Below, piece by piece: positions 1-14,100 of a stretch of DNA of 64,000 nt. The notes beneath the pieces are model-generated. The model saw only the letters and a program-made list of their open reading frames with translations. It ran no database searches and was not told the origin of the DNA. Each line of letters begins with the position of its first letter. Positions within the stretch are counted from its first letter, which is position 1. The stretch lies in the NCBI RefSeq assembly GCF_037042905.1, contig NC_087263.1, forward strand, positions 3,162,001 through 3,226,000, given 5' to 3'. This stretch comes from Lytechinus pictus (lineage: Eukaryota). Position numbers and translations under genes: made by a program.

Positions 1-2537
1 CTTCTATTCGTCGATTTCCGTAAACAGGTTACCTATTTTTCTCTTTCAGTTGTTTGTTTCTTGGTTAAAGGGTCGCATTTAGATTCGTGTGAAATCACAC
101 AATTCAATTCTTATCACCACTGTTTGACTAGCACCAAACATGTATTGATTGTAACACTAACTCTGTTCAGTTTTCTTTGTTTTTTGTTGTATTTTTAAAA
201 ACAATTTGGGATACCAAAAATATTAACTAAATAACTGAAATTGATTTTAGATAGAGGGAAAACCCTGGATGTTAGGTTGACTGGAACCATTTGTAAACCA
301 AAAACAAGTATTTAAGATTGATGAAATTAAAAGAAATAATTGTGGCATACTCTATCTTTCAGCCCTCTTCCCTCTTTCTCTCCTTGTCTTTGTAATTGTA
401 ATAACGAACCCAAAACTACTCTCCCCCCCCCTTTTATTGGTGGTGAGGTAATCCCGAAATTTACTTTAGAACCATACGTATTCTTTAGCCCATTTATGTT
501 CCTTTATACGGTTCCATATGTTGTCCATGTTTATAATTATTTGTGAACATTTGGGAAACTTTCCTCCCCTATATATCTCCTTCCACAAACGTCCCCCAAA
601 ATTATTCAAATGCATGAAAACACCCCAGGAATGCCAAATTCATATATACTGAATATTTTTTTGCCCCCTTTCTGAAATTGGTGGAAACCTTTCTCATTTT
701 AATCATATTAAGTGGAGAAACCTTCCCGTGTTTGTCATATTCTCTGTTGCTATCTTGGCAGAGTAAAATATGCCATCAGTCCCATGCATAGTCTTTGATG
801 TCATGTTGTGGTGTTTTGTTTAACAGATATCATGCTGTTCTAACCAAATTTATCCCCATATTCAATAGTTGGTTGTTACTGTTCATTCGGTTTGATTAGC
901 TTGATGTGGCTTGTTTTTTTCTTCACTTCCGTGTTTTTTTCCTTCCAATTTTTATCTTTAAAACCACCATGCATTGTTTGCTGTGATTTATTATTATTAA
1001 ACCCAAAACAAGGATTCTGACCTACCATGCATCGTTACAATTAACACTCGCTAGTTCGTTCGTTCGTTCGATCAATCTGTTACATGGTTTTTTAGTGAAA
1101 TTTTGCTCTCGATCAAAATCAATTAAAATCACATAATTGCAATATTTGATGTTTCCAAGAGCTTTTTGTACTAAATGTTCTCAGTGTCATGCCTGACCTG
1201 TATGCGCCCCCTTCAGTGGGTCCTAACGAACTGTTACATGTTTAAATTCCTAGTGTATATCTTGAAGTCCTTACTGTGCAGACATAACTGTATTATTACT
1301 TGATTCGTCTTGTACTCACAAGCCACGGCATCAACAAAATGAAACTAGTTCCGTGTTAAACTTTGTCTTTGTAACGTTTTTGTCTCGATCTTTTGTACAT
1401 CTATGCCACAACTATTTTTGTGCCTATTTTTGTGTTTGGAATAGTCCATATATATTTTCCAAATTCAACAACTTAGAAAGAAAAAAAGTCTTCATTTTCA
1501 AAAGAGTTGAAAATAAACTTTTGTGATCAATGTTGTTTAAATATAATACATATAGGAGGAGGGCAATATTTTGAATTAATATTTTAAATGGGCACCTCAT
1601 TTGCCACAAAAATGCCTCAAAATTTTTCAAAAGTTATTCACTTATTCCCTGATATTATTTCTCTGTCTTGAGTAAAGAGTAAATGAATTACACATTATTT
1701 ATTTATTTTTGTTAGAAGACACTGTTTATTTTGCTTGATCAATTTCTATGATTACAAATTCCTGCCATTTTATTCAGATTTGAATGAGATGTTTCATTAC
1801 ATCTCATAGAAATGTGTAGAAATGTGTAATATGGAATTCATCGCTGGCAAGACCAGAATGGAATTACAATTGGATTTATAATGGGAACCTATACCATCCC
1901 TTTTTTATGATTCCATATTTTCATTATAAATTGATTGTTAAGGATTGGTATTTGATTTAATACTTGTGGATTATATGAAAGAAAATTTGACTACAACATT
2001 CGCTGAAGTTGGATTCCACTGCTTTCTGCAAGTTTGAGGCAGATTTTAGAATAAATAAATATATTAAGTAAAAATAATATGAATTTTCTTGAGATGCATC
2101 ACACAACTGCCTCAAGAAATTAAATATAACTCCTATTTTGAAGTTCAGGGCTGATATTAAAAACTCTTTACCAGGGTTGATGTAAAAAAGAAAACTAAGA
2201 AATTGACTTTTCGAATCCAACTTTTGAAACAAGGAAATTGAATTTTTTCGCTCATGTCAAAGTTTATGCTCAGTGGAAGATGCAATGCTTTGATATGAAA
2301 CTATAACTATTTTGGGTGAATTAAAGGTTAGTTCAGTTGTAATCAGTTCTTAGAAATCTGATTGTATTTCAAATTTCATGAATAAAGATGAGTAGTGCAT
2401 TTCATAGAAACAAGATATTCTTATAAAGGAAGATGCATCGTGACCTAAAATGATAAAAAATTAATTGTGAATTTTGTTTTTGGTAGATCAAGTCTTTTTA
2501 TATCAAATTTGTTATGTAATGATTCTCTACCCCACAG

Positions 2538-5504
2538 CACAATTTCCCAACGGTTTTGGACCCATCAATGCTTTCCAGCAACAACAACAACAGCAAGTCG
2601 GAGCCGCAGGTCAAAAACAAAAAGAAGGTAAGAAGGGTTTGGCAGACCTGCCAACCAGCACATTTTAGCCGTATTTAGTACGTTTTTTTTAATTTTTTTT
2701 TAAAAACTAAATCGTAATTTATTGAGAAAAATCTCTATATGTCTCTATTTCATAAAACGTACACAAATATGGTTAATAGATCAATGTAATTTCAGGTTAC
2801 TTTTTTTTCAATCATTTTGTTAAAACCAGTGTGAAGATATATACATGTTTTAATGTTTTTTTTTTCATCTGCAAGAGCAGTGCGAATTTTAGCTTGCATG
2901 CAGCTTGAGCGCCGTGATGAGCGAGTGCGCCAAGCATTTTATTATGAAATACACTTTTTTTGGGAAAAATACATTTTTTTTATCGCAGAATAGTTTTTCA
3001 TTCCTAGAGGTTGGCAGGTCTGGTTTGGTGGATACCAAGAAGGGTGCACTGCCACTCAGGTCTATTCTCACTTGGTCCAAAGACTGCATAGTCCAATCAA
3101 ACTGGTTCTGAAGACTTCTTAGTCAAAACCAACTTGGTCTGAAAACTGCTTGTCAAATTTCCTTTCATCTAAATACCACTTAGTCAAAACCAACTTGGTC
3201 TAAAGACTGCATAGTCCAATCGAAGTTGGTCTAAAGACTTCTTAGTCAAAACCAACTTGGTCTAAAGACTGCTTAGTCAAATTTCCGTTCATCTAAGGAC
3301 CACTTCAGTCAAAACCAACTTGTTCTAAAGACCACTTTGTCAAATTCAACTTGTTCTAAAGACCACTTTAATTTTATAGTCAGAACCAACTTGGTCTAAA
3401 GACCACTATGTCAAACGAAGTCCAACTGGGCCGAAGACCACTTGGTTAATTTCCACTTCATCTAAAGCTCGCTCTGTCAAATTCCACTGGGTTTAAATAT
3501 TGCTTACTAGTTTTTGTAATCTGACTTGGTCTAAGGACCGCTTACTAGTTTTCTATTTATATCCAACTAAAGACCACTTTGTCAAATTCCACTTGGTGTT
3601 ATCCAATTTAGTTTAAAGACTGCCTGGTCAAATCCAACTTTATATAAATACTTCTTAGACCACTTGGTCTATTCTCACATGATCTAAAGACCGCTTGGTT
3701 GAATTCAATTTGGGCCGATTGCACTTGGTCTCAAGACTGTTTGGTATCATTCCATATGGTCTATAAGCGTTTTTCCTATTCCCATTTCATATAGTCCCAT
3801 TCCTCATCTAAGTCTTTGACTAAAGACTGTTTAGTCCATTCTTACTTGGTGCATACATTAGGTCTCATGGGCCCCGTTGCATAAGAGTAATACCATTATG
3901 GTAACTTTGCCACCCAATGGTAAGTTGCATGGAATCCTTTGATTGGCTGTTGATCATCATTACCATGGTAGTTACCATTGAATAGCAAAGTTACCATAAT
4001 AGTAATTTTTATTCAACAAGGCCCTGGACCAAGTAGGATAACATTAAACCCTATCCAACTGTCATTATATCAGCTGCTTTTGCATTGCAAATTGGCAAGA
4101 ATTATTAATTTTCTGTTCATTTTCTTACATTAAAGATAAATATAGTTATAATAGAGCCAAAATGAATCCACAGCTAAAAGCTGCCAATTTTCATATTCAA
4201 ACTGCAACAAGCTATAGTCAGAACCCTGATTTTATTCCTATTTCATAAATTATTTATAAACGTGTCTTGTGTATAGGTCCAGAGGGCGCTAATCTATTTA
4301 TATACCACCTACCCCAAGACTACACGGACACGGATCTAATTTCAATGTTCTCTCCGTACGGCGGTATCCTCAGTGCAAAGGTCTTCATCGACAAAAATAC
4401 GAACCTCAGCAAATGTTTCGGTGAGTATCCCGCTCTTCTCTGATGCTCTCGCTCTGGTGACAATATGCACCTATAAATCAAGGACACCACTTTCCAAACA
4501 AATAAGCAGGAACTCATTCTTATTCCACTTAAAGATAAATACCAGTTGTGGTAACTCTCTCAGAATGAGTTTGAACAGAATCCAATAAAATGACCACGCA
4601 AGTGTTTTTCATAAATTAAAAATATGTGCCAAATGGCTCCAGAAACAAAATTGTGTCATTGCTGAGAAATGAGCAAACTAAGCACAGAATTTTCCATTAT
4701 ATGTCAGGTATTTTTCCAAACAATATTAATGCACTGTCCCACATGTGCCTTTCTGTGTTAGTAATCATTTGAATTATCAATTTTCAGCTAAGATTTCATG
4801 ATTTCACAAAGATGAGTTTATTTCAATGTACCAGAACTAGATCTATGATAATTTGGTAGCATTTAACCTTGATTTTAAAGACTTTATCATGGAATAATTG
4901 TTTGCTGCAACTACTTTCTTTCTTCAATAGGGAAGCTAAGACTTCACAATCAAGCGAATGATCACATATTAAAGGTCTTTTTTTTTTAAATCCTAAACTG
5001 TGATGTGTGTTGTATGTAATGTTGTTTATATGAATTAAAAAAAAAAAAAAAAAAAACCTAGAAAGTAAGTAGACCAGGCATAGCAAGATATCTGTCTCTG
5101 AAAATCATTTCATTTGATACTGGTGATTCTAATTGCTCCACAAAATTGGGATAGTGTTTCTCGTCATTTTCCCCCACATTTTTGAAGCACTAAGTAATAA
5201 TATTCAGGCGCAAATTTCTCTCAGGGCTTCAACTTTACAACATATCACATAATTGGGTAGCAAGAAGGACCTAACAGCTTTAGTTTTGTAAAGTCAAATC
5301 AATATTAACCAGTGCATTTAACTAGTAAATTTTCATCTGGGCTTTTGTTTGTTGTTTAATTTTTTTTTTGTGTCAGGTTTTGTAAGTTACGATTCACCGA
5401 TTTCAGCGCAGACAGCCATCCAGGCAATGAACGGTTTCTCAGTAGGCACAAAGAGGTTAAAAGTCCAGCTCAAGCGCTCTAAAGAAGCTAGCAAACCGTA
5501 CTAA
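2538..5504 (+). CDS. CELF2: CELF1/2-subfamily (CUGBP/ETR-3/Bruno-like) RNA-binding protein, 3' part (end of linker + RRM3); exons 2538-2627, 4277-4420, 5377-5504; upstream exons not identified in the window
   Basis: Exons have AG/GT boundaries and join in phase to give ...[123 protein letters not shown]2 (NLFIYHL) and RNP1 (KCFGFVSY) are present. GPEGAN and KRSK..SKPY indicate CELF1/2 rather than CELF3-6. The invertebrate gene is co-orthologous to CELF1 and CELF2, so the symbol is nominal. Confidence 0.95.
3050..3850. repeat. Degenerate minisatellite (~15-16 bp subunits, ~31 bp units, 123 bp higher-order period) in a CELF intron
   Basis: Recurring AAAGACCACTTAGTC/AAAACCAACTTGGTCT units; AGACTGCATAGTCCAATC occurs at 3081 and 3204. 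Confidence 0.85.
3870..4023. mobile_element. MITE with GGCCCCGTTGCA termini (Harbinger-like); same family as 42813-42941
   Basis: Inverted termini GGCCCCGTTGCATAA / TTATTCAACAAGGCC; internal ACCAT..GGTAAC motifs shared with the 42813 copy. Confidence 0.7.
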
Positions 5505-5669
5505 AGGTAAGTGTAAACTGGGTGGCTTGGATGAATGGGGAGAGTGTGGTGGGGAGGTGGGGCAGGTTTCACAACTGATAAATGGGCATATTTTGTTAGC
5601 TATGATTTGATAATCTCTGCCAAGATGGCTATGCAAAGAAGGAAGCAGTAAGGCTTTATGAAAGGTAAG

Positions 5670-5769
5670 ACCACCGTTGCAGAAAGAGTTGCGTTTAAAC
5701 GCAAGTAAAAAAATCAACCGCAAGTCCCAAATGCGCGCTGTTGATTGCAAATCTTTCTGCAACGGGCCC
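5670..5769. mobile_element. Short MITE (CCGTTGCAGAAAGA...TCTTTCTGCAACGG)
   Basis: 14-bp perfect inverted repeat at the ends; GGGCCC-type terminus. Confidence 0.6.
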
Positions 5770-6692
5770 CAGATGTCAAAGGTCACATGGGTCATTATAT
5801 ACATTGAAATACCTTATTTTCACGATTGTAGGTTTATTATTATGGGTTTATAGGATGACAGTTATTTCTATTTCTTTTTTGGGGGGTGGGGGGAAAGTAA
5901 AGTCAGAGGTCATTATTTACATTGAAATACCTTGTTCTTGTGATTATTTGGCTGATATATTGGAGGGATTGGGGGGTTACATGGTGAAAGGTCACAGGTC
6001 ATTATTTGACAATTTGATAAGTTGGGCACGTAGCATATTCTCGGACCGGCGATGGCAGAGGAGTACATGTTGACTGCATGCAGTCGAGAATCCAGTTGAA
6101 TTATGATTTGGTCCTTGAAAACGCCATACCTTTATACTGGATTGACAATGTGTACATGTATTTATATGCTATCTATGCACAACTCCAGTGTATAAAGTCA
6201 CGGAAATAGCACAAATGACAATATGTTGTTGGTGGTTATTTTTTTTCATGTTGAATATATTGTGCAGTGTTTTGCTTTATAATTTGGTAATAGTTTTAGT
6301 GTTTGTTTTTTGTGTAAAATCTAGTCTTACACAAGGATTTTAAGGTGTATGATTTTGTTTAATCATTGAATTGTTGAACAGGTAAATATTGCCAAATTTC
6401 TCTCGATGCAAAGAAATCTGTAAATAAACTTACAAATCAACACAAATTTTAGGTATCTTCGTTTTGGGTAATAAAGTTGGAAATTCAATTCTCGTTGCCT
6501 GTTTTTGGCAAATGAATTCAAGATAACAGACAAACTAGAACTTGACCTTCATGTTGTATACTTGTGTAGGACTGGATTAGAAAAATAACAAAATGAATAT
6601 TATGTTGAGTGTATACACGTAACTACGGCATCACAGTAGTATAATGAATTATGTGCACTGTCAGCCCTGCTTGAATATTTGAGACATGTCTG

Positions 6693-6963
6693 GGGCCCCG
6701 TCTTTCAAGGAGTTGCGATTGATCCGATCAGCCATAACTATGGAAAGCCATCAACATCAACTTTTAAAATGGATGTTTGCTCAAAATATTTTCTAGATAT
6801 GCTGTAAATTCATATATTCATCGCTTTCTTGAATTTCAAAGTGCTTCTCTTTGTTTTACAAAAGACATTGTGCAAGTTTTTCTTACAAAAAGTTATGACA
6901 TCGATGGATTTCCATACAGTTCAGGTTGATTGGATCAATCGTAAGTCTTGGTAAGACGAGCCC
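6693..6963. mobile_element. MITE, GGCCCCGTCTT-TIR family (relative of 17468-17732)
   Basis: ~35-bp imperfect TIRs; colinear similarity along its whole length to 17468-17732. Confidence 0.8.
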
Positions 6964-8139
6964 CAGATACGCGCTACTCCAGATTGTGTACAGAAAGCAT
7001 GAAAGATAACTGTATATATGTGATGCAGTGACTGCTAATCCTCGTCCCACAACATCTACTCTGGCGACATTCACTGAACCAATATATTCTCGGATCAGCC
7101 GACTTCATATGCTCTGCTGATATTTTCTTCCAGGTTCTTAATGTATATACTTGAAAATTATATATATTCATGAAAATTATTTTCCTTAGTTAAATTCGCA
7201 TGGGACGTCTTCAGAATTTTTATCTGACGTAAACCTGTAAAAGGGGTCAGACGTTTTTGTTAAACAGTATGTGAATGGGACCTTAGCCTAACCTTCATCC
7301 TCAAAGCTATCTGAAACAAGCCTACCCCTATTTAATTTGTTTTTTTGCAAGAAATTATCACGGGGGCCAATACATGGGAGCAAAGGGCTTCTCACAGCAA
7401 GGAAGTTGAAGAAAATGATCAGATACTGAGGCATCAAAATGTATATTGAAAATTGATTTGTGGAGCGAATATATATATTCTTGTAATGTTTAAGTATCTG
7501 CCTACCCCCCCCCCCCCTCTTCCTTTTCGCCACAAAGCGGGTATAAACTTATTGAAGATCAAGAAAATGCATTGTACACTCAACTTCATGTGCAGCTGTA
7601 TATTGAAAGTAGTGTAATGATATAGACCCCATGTGTATATAGACATCTATATCTTTCATATCCCCTTCTCTAACCTTATTATTCAGAGGCTATCTCTTTT
7701 CATTTAACCTCAATGGTCATAACAAAATAATTTAAACAGATTACCAAAATGATGATTAAAGATAGATTTTTAATTGAGTTAATTACCAGTTTTTCAGTTT
7801 AAAGTTCTATTATCTTAATGTAGTATTAGTTAAGACATTATTGTTGTGTGGCTTTCATCTTTGTTTCGAGAGAACAATATCAAGATATTTAATGATAGAT
7901 AAATCTATGCGTAACTAAGATGTTTTGTTTTTTTTAGTCTGGGAAGTGGTAAAACCAATCACTATATTTAGAGAAGCTACAAATTGAAATTGAGCTTTTA
8001 CAGGTTTTAGAGATATGAAGAGAGTGAGCACGGCATGAAATAAAGAAAAAATGAATATTGTAGACTTTGTAGAGTGTTCCTGCCCCTCATGTTAATTTGT
8101 GATAGTATTTTGTAGATCTGTTTGCTGTGCTGTGTTTGT

Positions 8140-8490
8140 GGGTCCACCCATTTCCGTTTTCTGCTTACATTTATAGGGAATTAGGATAAGTTGACCACAA
8201 ATCAAAACTTTCTAAGGAAAATGGGGTTGTTTCGTGCTCTGACAATTTCAGTGAAGTCCTTGGGTTTGATTGGCTGCAAAGCACTTGTTGCTGTCCATTA
8301 CTATAGTATTTGTACAACTTGTCAGCGCTGACAAGTTTTGTGAAACCGTGCCCTGGGAAGCATTTCACAAAGTGTTTTGTTGGTGATTTTCAATGAGTAA
8401 TTTGCTCTCAGCCACTCAGATGCAAGGATTTCAGTAGCTTGTAACATTTGTCAGTGAAAATCATTATTTATTTGCTTCATATAAAACTTT
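8140..8490. mobile_element. Two adjacent degraded MITE remnants
   Basis: Palindromic ACTTGTCAGCGCTGACAAGT core and GAAACCGTGCCC/GGGAAGCATTTCAC termini-like motifs; boundaries approximate. Confidence 0.35.
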
Positions 8491-10939
8491 CCAAGTGTTT
8501 ACTCTTATGATACTTGGCATTCATGCCTTCAGTAATTTCTGTTTCAAATTACATTTATCTCTGAATTGACTTGATAATCTTTCTGGAGATTTTTAAGTAC
8601 ATTTCTGTGGCCCCATATAATGTATTATATCTGTCTGTAAGAAACAAAAAAACATACATATTGTTTCAATCATTGTTTTGTGTCGCTTCTATGATATGCT
8701 TTAATGTATTGTTGGTCTGCTGTGGCTTTTAGCTTTGGTTAAAGCTTGTTTTGTGTGTTTGTCAGTTTTATCAACGTTTTTTTTTAAAAAAGGAACACAA
8801 TATCCACATAGTAAACCTTAGAATCAAAATGGTACCTATCACTTTTTTTATATTTCAAAAATGATTTGTGGTCGATCTCTGTTTTGTAAATGAAACATGG
8901 GAGAAAAAATTGGAGGCCCAAAGGGAACGAAAACTTGGTAATATACCGTGTTCAATAATCTGTTTAAAAAACTTTTTTTATTGACTGCCTTGGCTAATGC
9001 GGTCATCATTGGCGAAGTCATTAGCTGTATGTTACTTGATTTGTGTTTTATTGAAAAATTGTTTAGTCCCCCAAAAGTATGGATGTATATAACTTCATGC
9101 TTATACTAAAAAAAATTAATTAAGTTGCTGTGTGTTTTCCACAAAATGCAAAATCTCTTTTATGAAGACAGATTCAAAAACGATATCCCTGCACACAATT
9201 AGCTATTTATCATCTAGCCTTTTTTCAGAAATCTGTTAAGCTAATAGCATATCAGGAATAGGTCATAACACACATTTTATGTTATTTCTCCTTTATATTA
9301 TATATTTATTATATATGTTTTCATACTGTTATAGGAGTAATCACTGCTTTTAATGTCATTATGTTCTCATTCGGGTATATAACCCTTAATCTTTCATGAC
9401 CTTTGACATCGTAGACATACAAATAATCTTCGCTTTGTGTTTTACTATGGGCTTATGTTGACGTACCACTGTCTAACCCCGCTTTCTCTTCCATCTATTT
9501 TTTTTCTTTCTCTTTTATTTTTCCACCAATCAGAACGCTCGATACTTCTGTCCAAGTCATGTGACGTCTGCCTGTACACGTTTGCTCGTTGCCCCTGGAA
9601 ACCATACTGGTTTGCTATTTTATCATGTGACTAGTTCAACGAACTGTCGTCTGTTTGTTTGTCAGAAATCAAATCGTCTCGTTCTCTAAGCAGACTTAAA
9701 AACCTAAGAAACATCACATGTTATATGCATTTGGATTCTTCATATGTGGTGTATGCCTTAGTCTATATCCCAGCACATTGGACCGTTTGACCAGTAGACG
9801 CTTTTTAACATTTTGTTAATGTATGATAATGTCAAGCAATCTCTTTATTAATCCATGTTTACATCATAACGACCCATGGCAATGAGAAATATAAGCGAGA
9901 AATAAAAATCAGACATGCTTGAAATTCAAATGAAAATCAGGGAGGCTTTAGTTTAGAAGGGTTATTAACCGACACCTGTATTGTTTTCACGATCGTAGTT
10001 GGCCATTATGCGTAACTTTTGCTTGTGCGTGTGTGTTAGATTTTATTGGGTCTGAATCTAAGACTATAGTACCTTCATTGATAATTGATATGGCCTTCGA
10101 TGAAGACTACATTAGTTGTATTGTTTGTGTAATGTGCAAAAAAAGCATGGAATGTTTTTATTTCTATATTCATTTTCCTCATGTGTTCCCTTAAGAGGGT
10201 TCGCGGGATATTTTCTTGTAGTTCATTCATATATTTGTGACATCATTTTCCATAGAGGAAAAGAACAGGCCTGTGTGTCAATTTGGAGTTGAATGTTTTA
10301 AAGAAAATAGCAATTTTATCATTGATTATCATACTTGTTTGATGTGGATTTCCCCGGCGTGATAAATCTTATGAAGTCTCATTTATGTTGATATTTTAAG
10401 TTTGTTGAAAACAGGGTGTGGAAAAGTGATAAAAGTTCTTGTACGTTTTAAATCATTATTTATTTACAATTATACCAAGTTTTAAAGAGAAATAAGCGTG
10501 CATCCCCTATGGAGGGAGACACAGTGTGTTTGGAATAAAGTGAGTTTTTGTGTGTGTTTTATTATTGGCGTTCAAGAGATTATTGCCATTAAAGTGTGTA
10601 GTTTTTTTCAGTGATTTTATTTTTTAATGATTATTATTTATTGTTATTCATTTTTTAAACCATCATCCAAACATCATGTAGTATGGTATAAATTGCAGTG
10701 TTGAATTTCTAGTTAAATTTGTTGCCGTGTTGAATTTGCAGAATAAACAAAGGATATTTTGTAACGTTACTCCCATTGAATGTTCATATTTTACTCAATA
10801 TGCAATGGAGCGCCCGCGGAGATATTACATGTGAAAGGTCAGTCATTGTCTTAAAAGCCAGTAAAATGGATTTGAAGCTAAATTGATGCACTAGTGCCCA
10901 TTGGTATGTCGTCAACGTCATTACCTAGCAGCGCTTTGG

Positions 10940-11130
10940 AAATCTGGCAATGCGGTTTCGAAACCAAGTCAAAAAAAGACATTAGTACCCTTCGTTGAGG
11001 CATTGTTCATTATTGCAATTTCTCTCGGAGAGGATGTTAAGCCGTTAGTCTTCACTTTGACAAGTTGATCCTGTATGTGATGCTCGGGAATTTGTTGCAT
11101 TGACGTAATAAAATGTCATGAAGAATCCTG
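10940..11130 (+). mobile_element. Old degraded tRNA-derived SINE relic
   Basis: B-box-like GGTTTCGAAACC followed by a SINE-body-like stretch (CTCTCGGAGAGGATGTTAAGCCGT). Confidence 0.35.
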
Positions 11131-14100
11131 AATTTGCATCCCATCCTCATTTGCCCGATAAGTGGGATGCCCAGGGGGTGTATATCTATATCTATGTGGT
11201 TCAAGCCCCAAAACTAGTGAAAGCAAAACCATATATTTCCTTTGTATTATCCCTCTCCCTACCCAAAACCCCCAAACAAAAGGCGGAAAAAGGGGCACTT
11301 GACAATGTCAGCCCCCCCCCCCTGCCACCCCGATACCTGTGGGTGATCATTAGGATGATCACTCATTTCAGCAGATGTGAAGTAATTAGCTTTAAATTGG
11401 ATGAGCCTGCACCTATGAATGTTTTTAACCGAAATATGGAGCAATACAAATGCTGTGGATCATCATCAGTAGCTAATACCTTTTTAAAAGTGTTCAGCAT
11501 TATGCCCTATTCAAGGACAAGGAGCATATCTATGCAAAGAGCACCTAATTGATATTTGACTTTAAAGTAACACGCCAAACTGATTCGTCAGTCATCGCCA
11601 TGGATACCACTATCGGCATTCTCAATTTAATGACATCGTTAAATCCCATAGATTGAAATTGTTAAGATTGAAATGAGCAAGATCATTTTCTCCATTTTTT
11701 TCAAGTTTTATTTCATACAGATACGGGTTGCATGCGTGTTCCCACTAGTCCGTTCAGTGCATATTGAGTAAATATACTGTTAAATTTGTCAAGCATTTGT
11801 TCTAAAGATATGTATATGTAATGTGTTTCAGATTGATTTTAAACGAGGATAAATCTCAAGAAATTCTTACCCAGATAAATCATATAATTTTTATCCAAAC
11901 CTGGCAGAAATTTGCTTTTGTTTTACTGGAACTATTTATCAAATGAAATTGGATTCAGCTACAATGAAAAACAATTCATAGCATTCAAATAATTTGAATT
12001 TTATTAACAGTAATAATCCAGACATGAAATTATAAGCAGATATATGTAAATGCTGGCAAGATGTTGTTAATTTATTATTTTTTCCTTAAAATTAATAATC
12101 CGCAGCTATTTACCCAAGATGAATTATATTTGCAAATTTTTTGTGGAAAAGTACTATATATATGTATTCAAGAAATCCAGGTCGTTTGATTACTCAAAAG
12201 ATTTTTTTTTTATTTTGTGTGATTTGATGATTTTGTTTTGGTGCTCTGGTCTGCACTGGATTTGAATTTTATCGATTGATTTTGAATTTTAAATCTCACC
12301 AATTTTAACAAGGAATAGTGAATAGAATTGGCTTACGACGCGTTTCAATGGAAAACCAGTGTAGAAGTGCTGGGTCTACTGTATGTAATTCGCACGATGC
12401 ACCATTGAAAATATTTGACAACTTAAGGTTTTAAGAAGTTTCTCCATAAAAAACAGTTATTTTAGCTCTAGGAAGAATTTGTGACCAGTCATTCAATGCG
12501 ATTCATTTGACTTTTTTGCACTGCGGCATATTTAGCTGGATTAAGTTGAATTTATTATGTTAGGATGACACCGGGCAGGATGTATTCACTGAAAAATTTG
12601 GATGCTGAATCAGATGATAACATACATAACAGTTTCAGAAATGACTAGTCCCTACCGTTAATGACGTCAAATTTTGAAATAAAACAAGTTTAAATAAAAC
12701 AAGTTTATTTAGAAAATATAACGACACACCCAGATGTTCAACCGAACTTGTGATTGTTAAACAATGCAATTATTTTAGAATTCAAGCTACCGCTCTTAAA
12801 TGGGGGTTAGTCGGTGTGAAGACACCCAAGTCATATACCCAGAAGGTGCCTGAAAGTTTGATTATAAATTAATTGTAAAGGAAACAATGAATTCACCTTT
12901 TGTGTAGTTAGAAAGGGCAGTGCGAATAGGCCAGTGTAAACCTTTGTTTCTTCTAAACGTTTGGAATCATTTGTTGTGCGTGAATGTAGATTACTTGCTG
13001 TCAAATCGTTTTGTGTACAGAGTTTTATGAGATAAAAAAGGATGCAAACATTTGTCGTGTACTAAGAAGAAAAAAAGATTATTTACGTGTACAGCCTACA
13101 TTTGGAGATTTTTTTCTAAATTGAAAGAAGTATTATGTAATTTCACTGTATTCAATGATATTTCTGTGACTGTATTAAGAAAATTGTTAGGTGTAGTGTT
13201 AATGTGGTTGACATGTTATAGATTATTAATGGTACATTATGCGTACGATATTCAGCATTGGGTTCAAGCCAGAGTTCACATGCAGTTTAAAATCAAGACC
13301 GTAAAAAATGTACTTAATGCTAAAAAATTATCTCTTTCAGAGTTAGCCTTCACTACAGGCTGTGTGAGTTAAAGCCATTCATTAGCTTGTATCAAGTCTT
13401 CATTTCTGGCTTTTCAAATCAACATAACAAACTGACCAGCATAAGCATTACTGCCGACTATATTTGAAATCGTTTGAATTTATCAGCATTTTAAATGTTT
13501 TCATTCAAGTCAATCAGTTTCTTTTTTCAACAGGCTTATTAGGCCAAAAATGATTTGAATTATGATCTGAAACAATCAAGTACTATGAATGCAAAGTGAT
13601 ATTAATTTTTTTTTCAGAAGGCATATAACCCTTGGTATGATTTGATGAAATATTAAATTATAGAATTTTGAGTAAGATTGTCCACAGTGCAGTGAGACAC
13701 AATAGTTAATCAGCCCATATTCGATGACAAACCTATTAAAGCAAATTTATGTTACAATATATAAGGCCATAATTCATATGTATATTTTCCTGAGAAAAGC
13801 TGCAGAAATAAACAAACCCTTTTTTCAATTAGAGCATTAGAATCCATGTTTTCTCTAAAATCGACAAAAAAATCTTGTTTCCATGGATATTGACATGTTT
13901 TTTAATGTGGTGTTGGGCTTATTGAAACGAAAATAAGTTTTATTTCATTGATGTAGTTGAGTTCAGATCATTGGCAATTTTGTGTTTGAAAAAAGATATA
14001 TATTACTGTTGTTTAGCCAATGAAGATGGGGGAAAATAAACCTATGCAATTGAGACATGTCATGTTTGATGATTTTAATTTTACTAATATATCATATTAT

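Larger units (their letters stand above)
5507..9533 (+). other. Intron in the CELF 3' UTR
   Basis: Consensus donor AG|GTAAGT 2 nt after the TAA stop. Best acceptor: CTAAC branch motif near 9473, a ~50-nt polypyrimidine tract, then CAG at 9531-9533. Confidence 0.7.

Noticed and set aside
1185-1215. Possible CELF micro-exon (TCAG|...|GTGGGT)
   Set aside because: 31 nt, weak splice sites, and phase not compatible with the phase-1 exon at 2538 as a simple cassette; unsupported.
3050-3850. CRISPR-like periodicity
   Set aside because: Units are contiguous and degenerate with no unique spacers; eukaryotic intron, no cas genes.
11118-11552. 144-aa ORF in the CELF 3' region
   Set aside because: No recognisable domain or flanking splice signals; consistent with chance.
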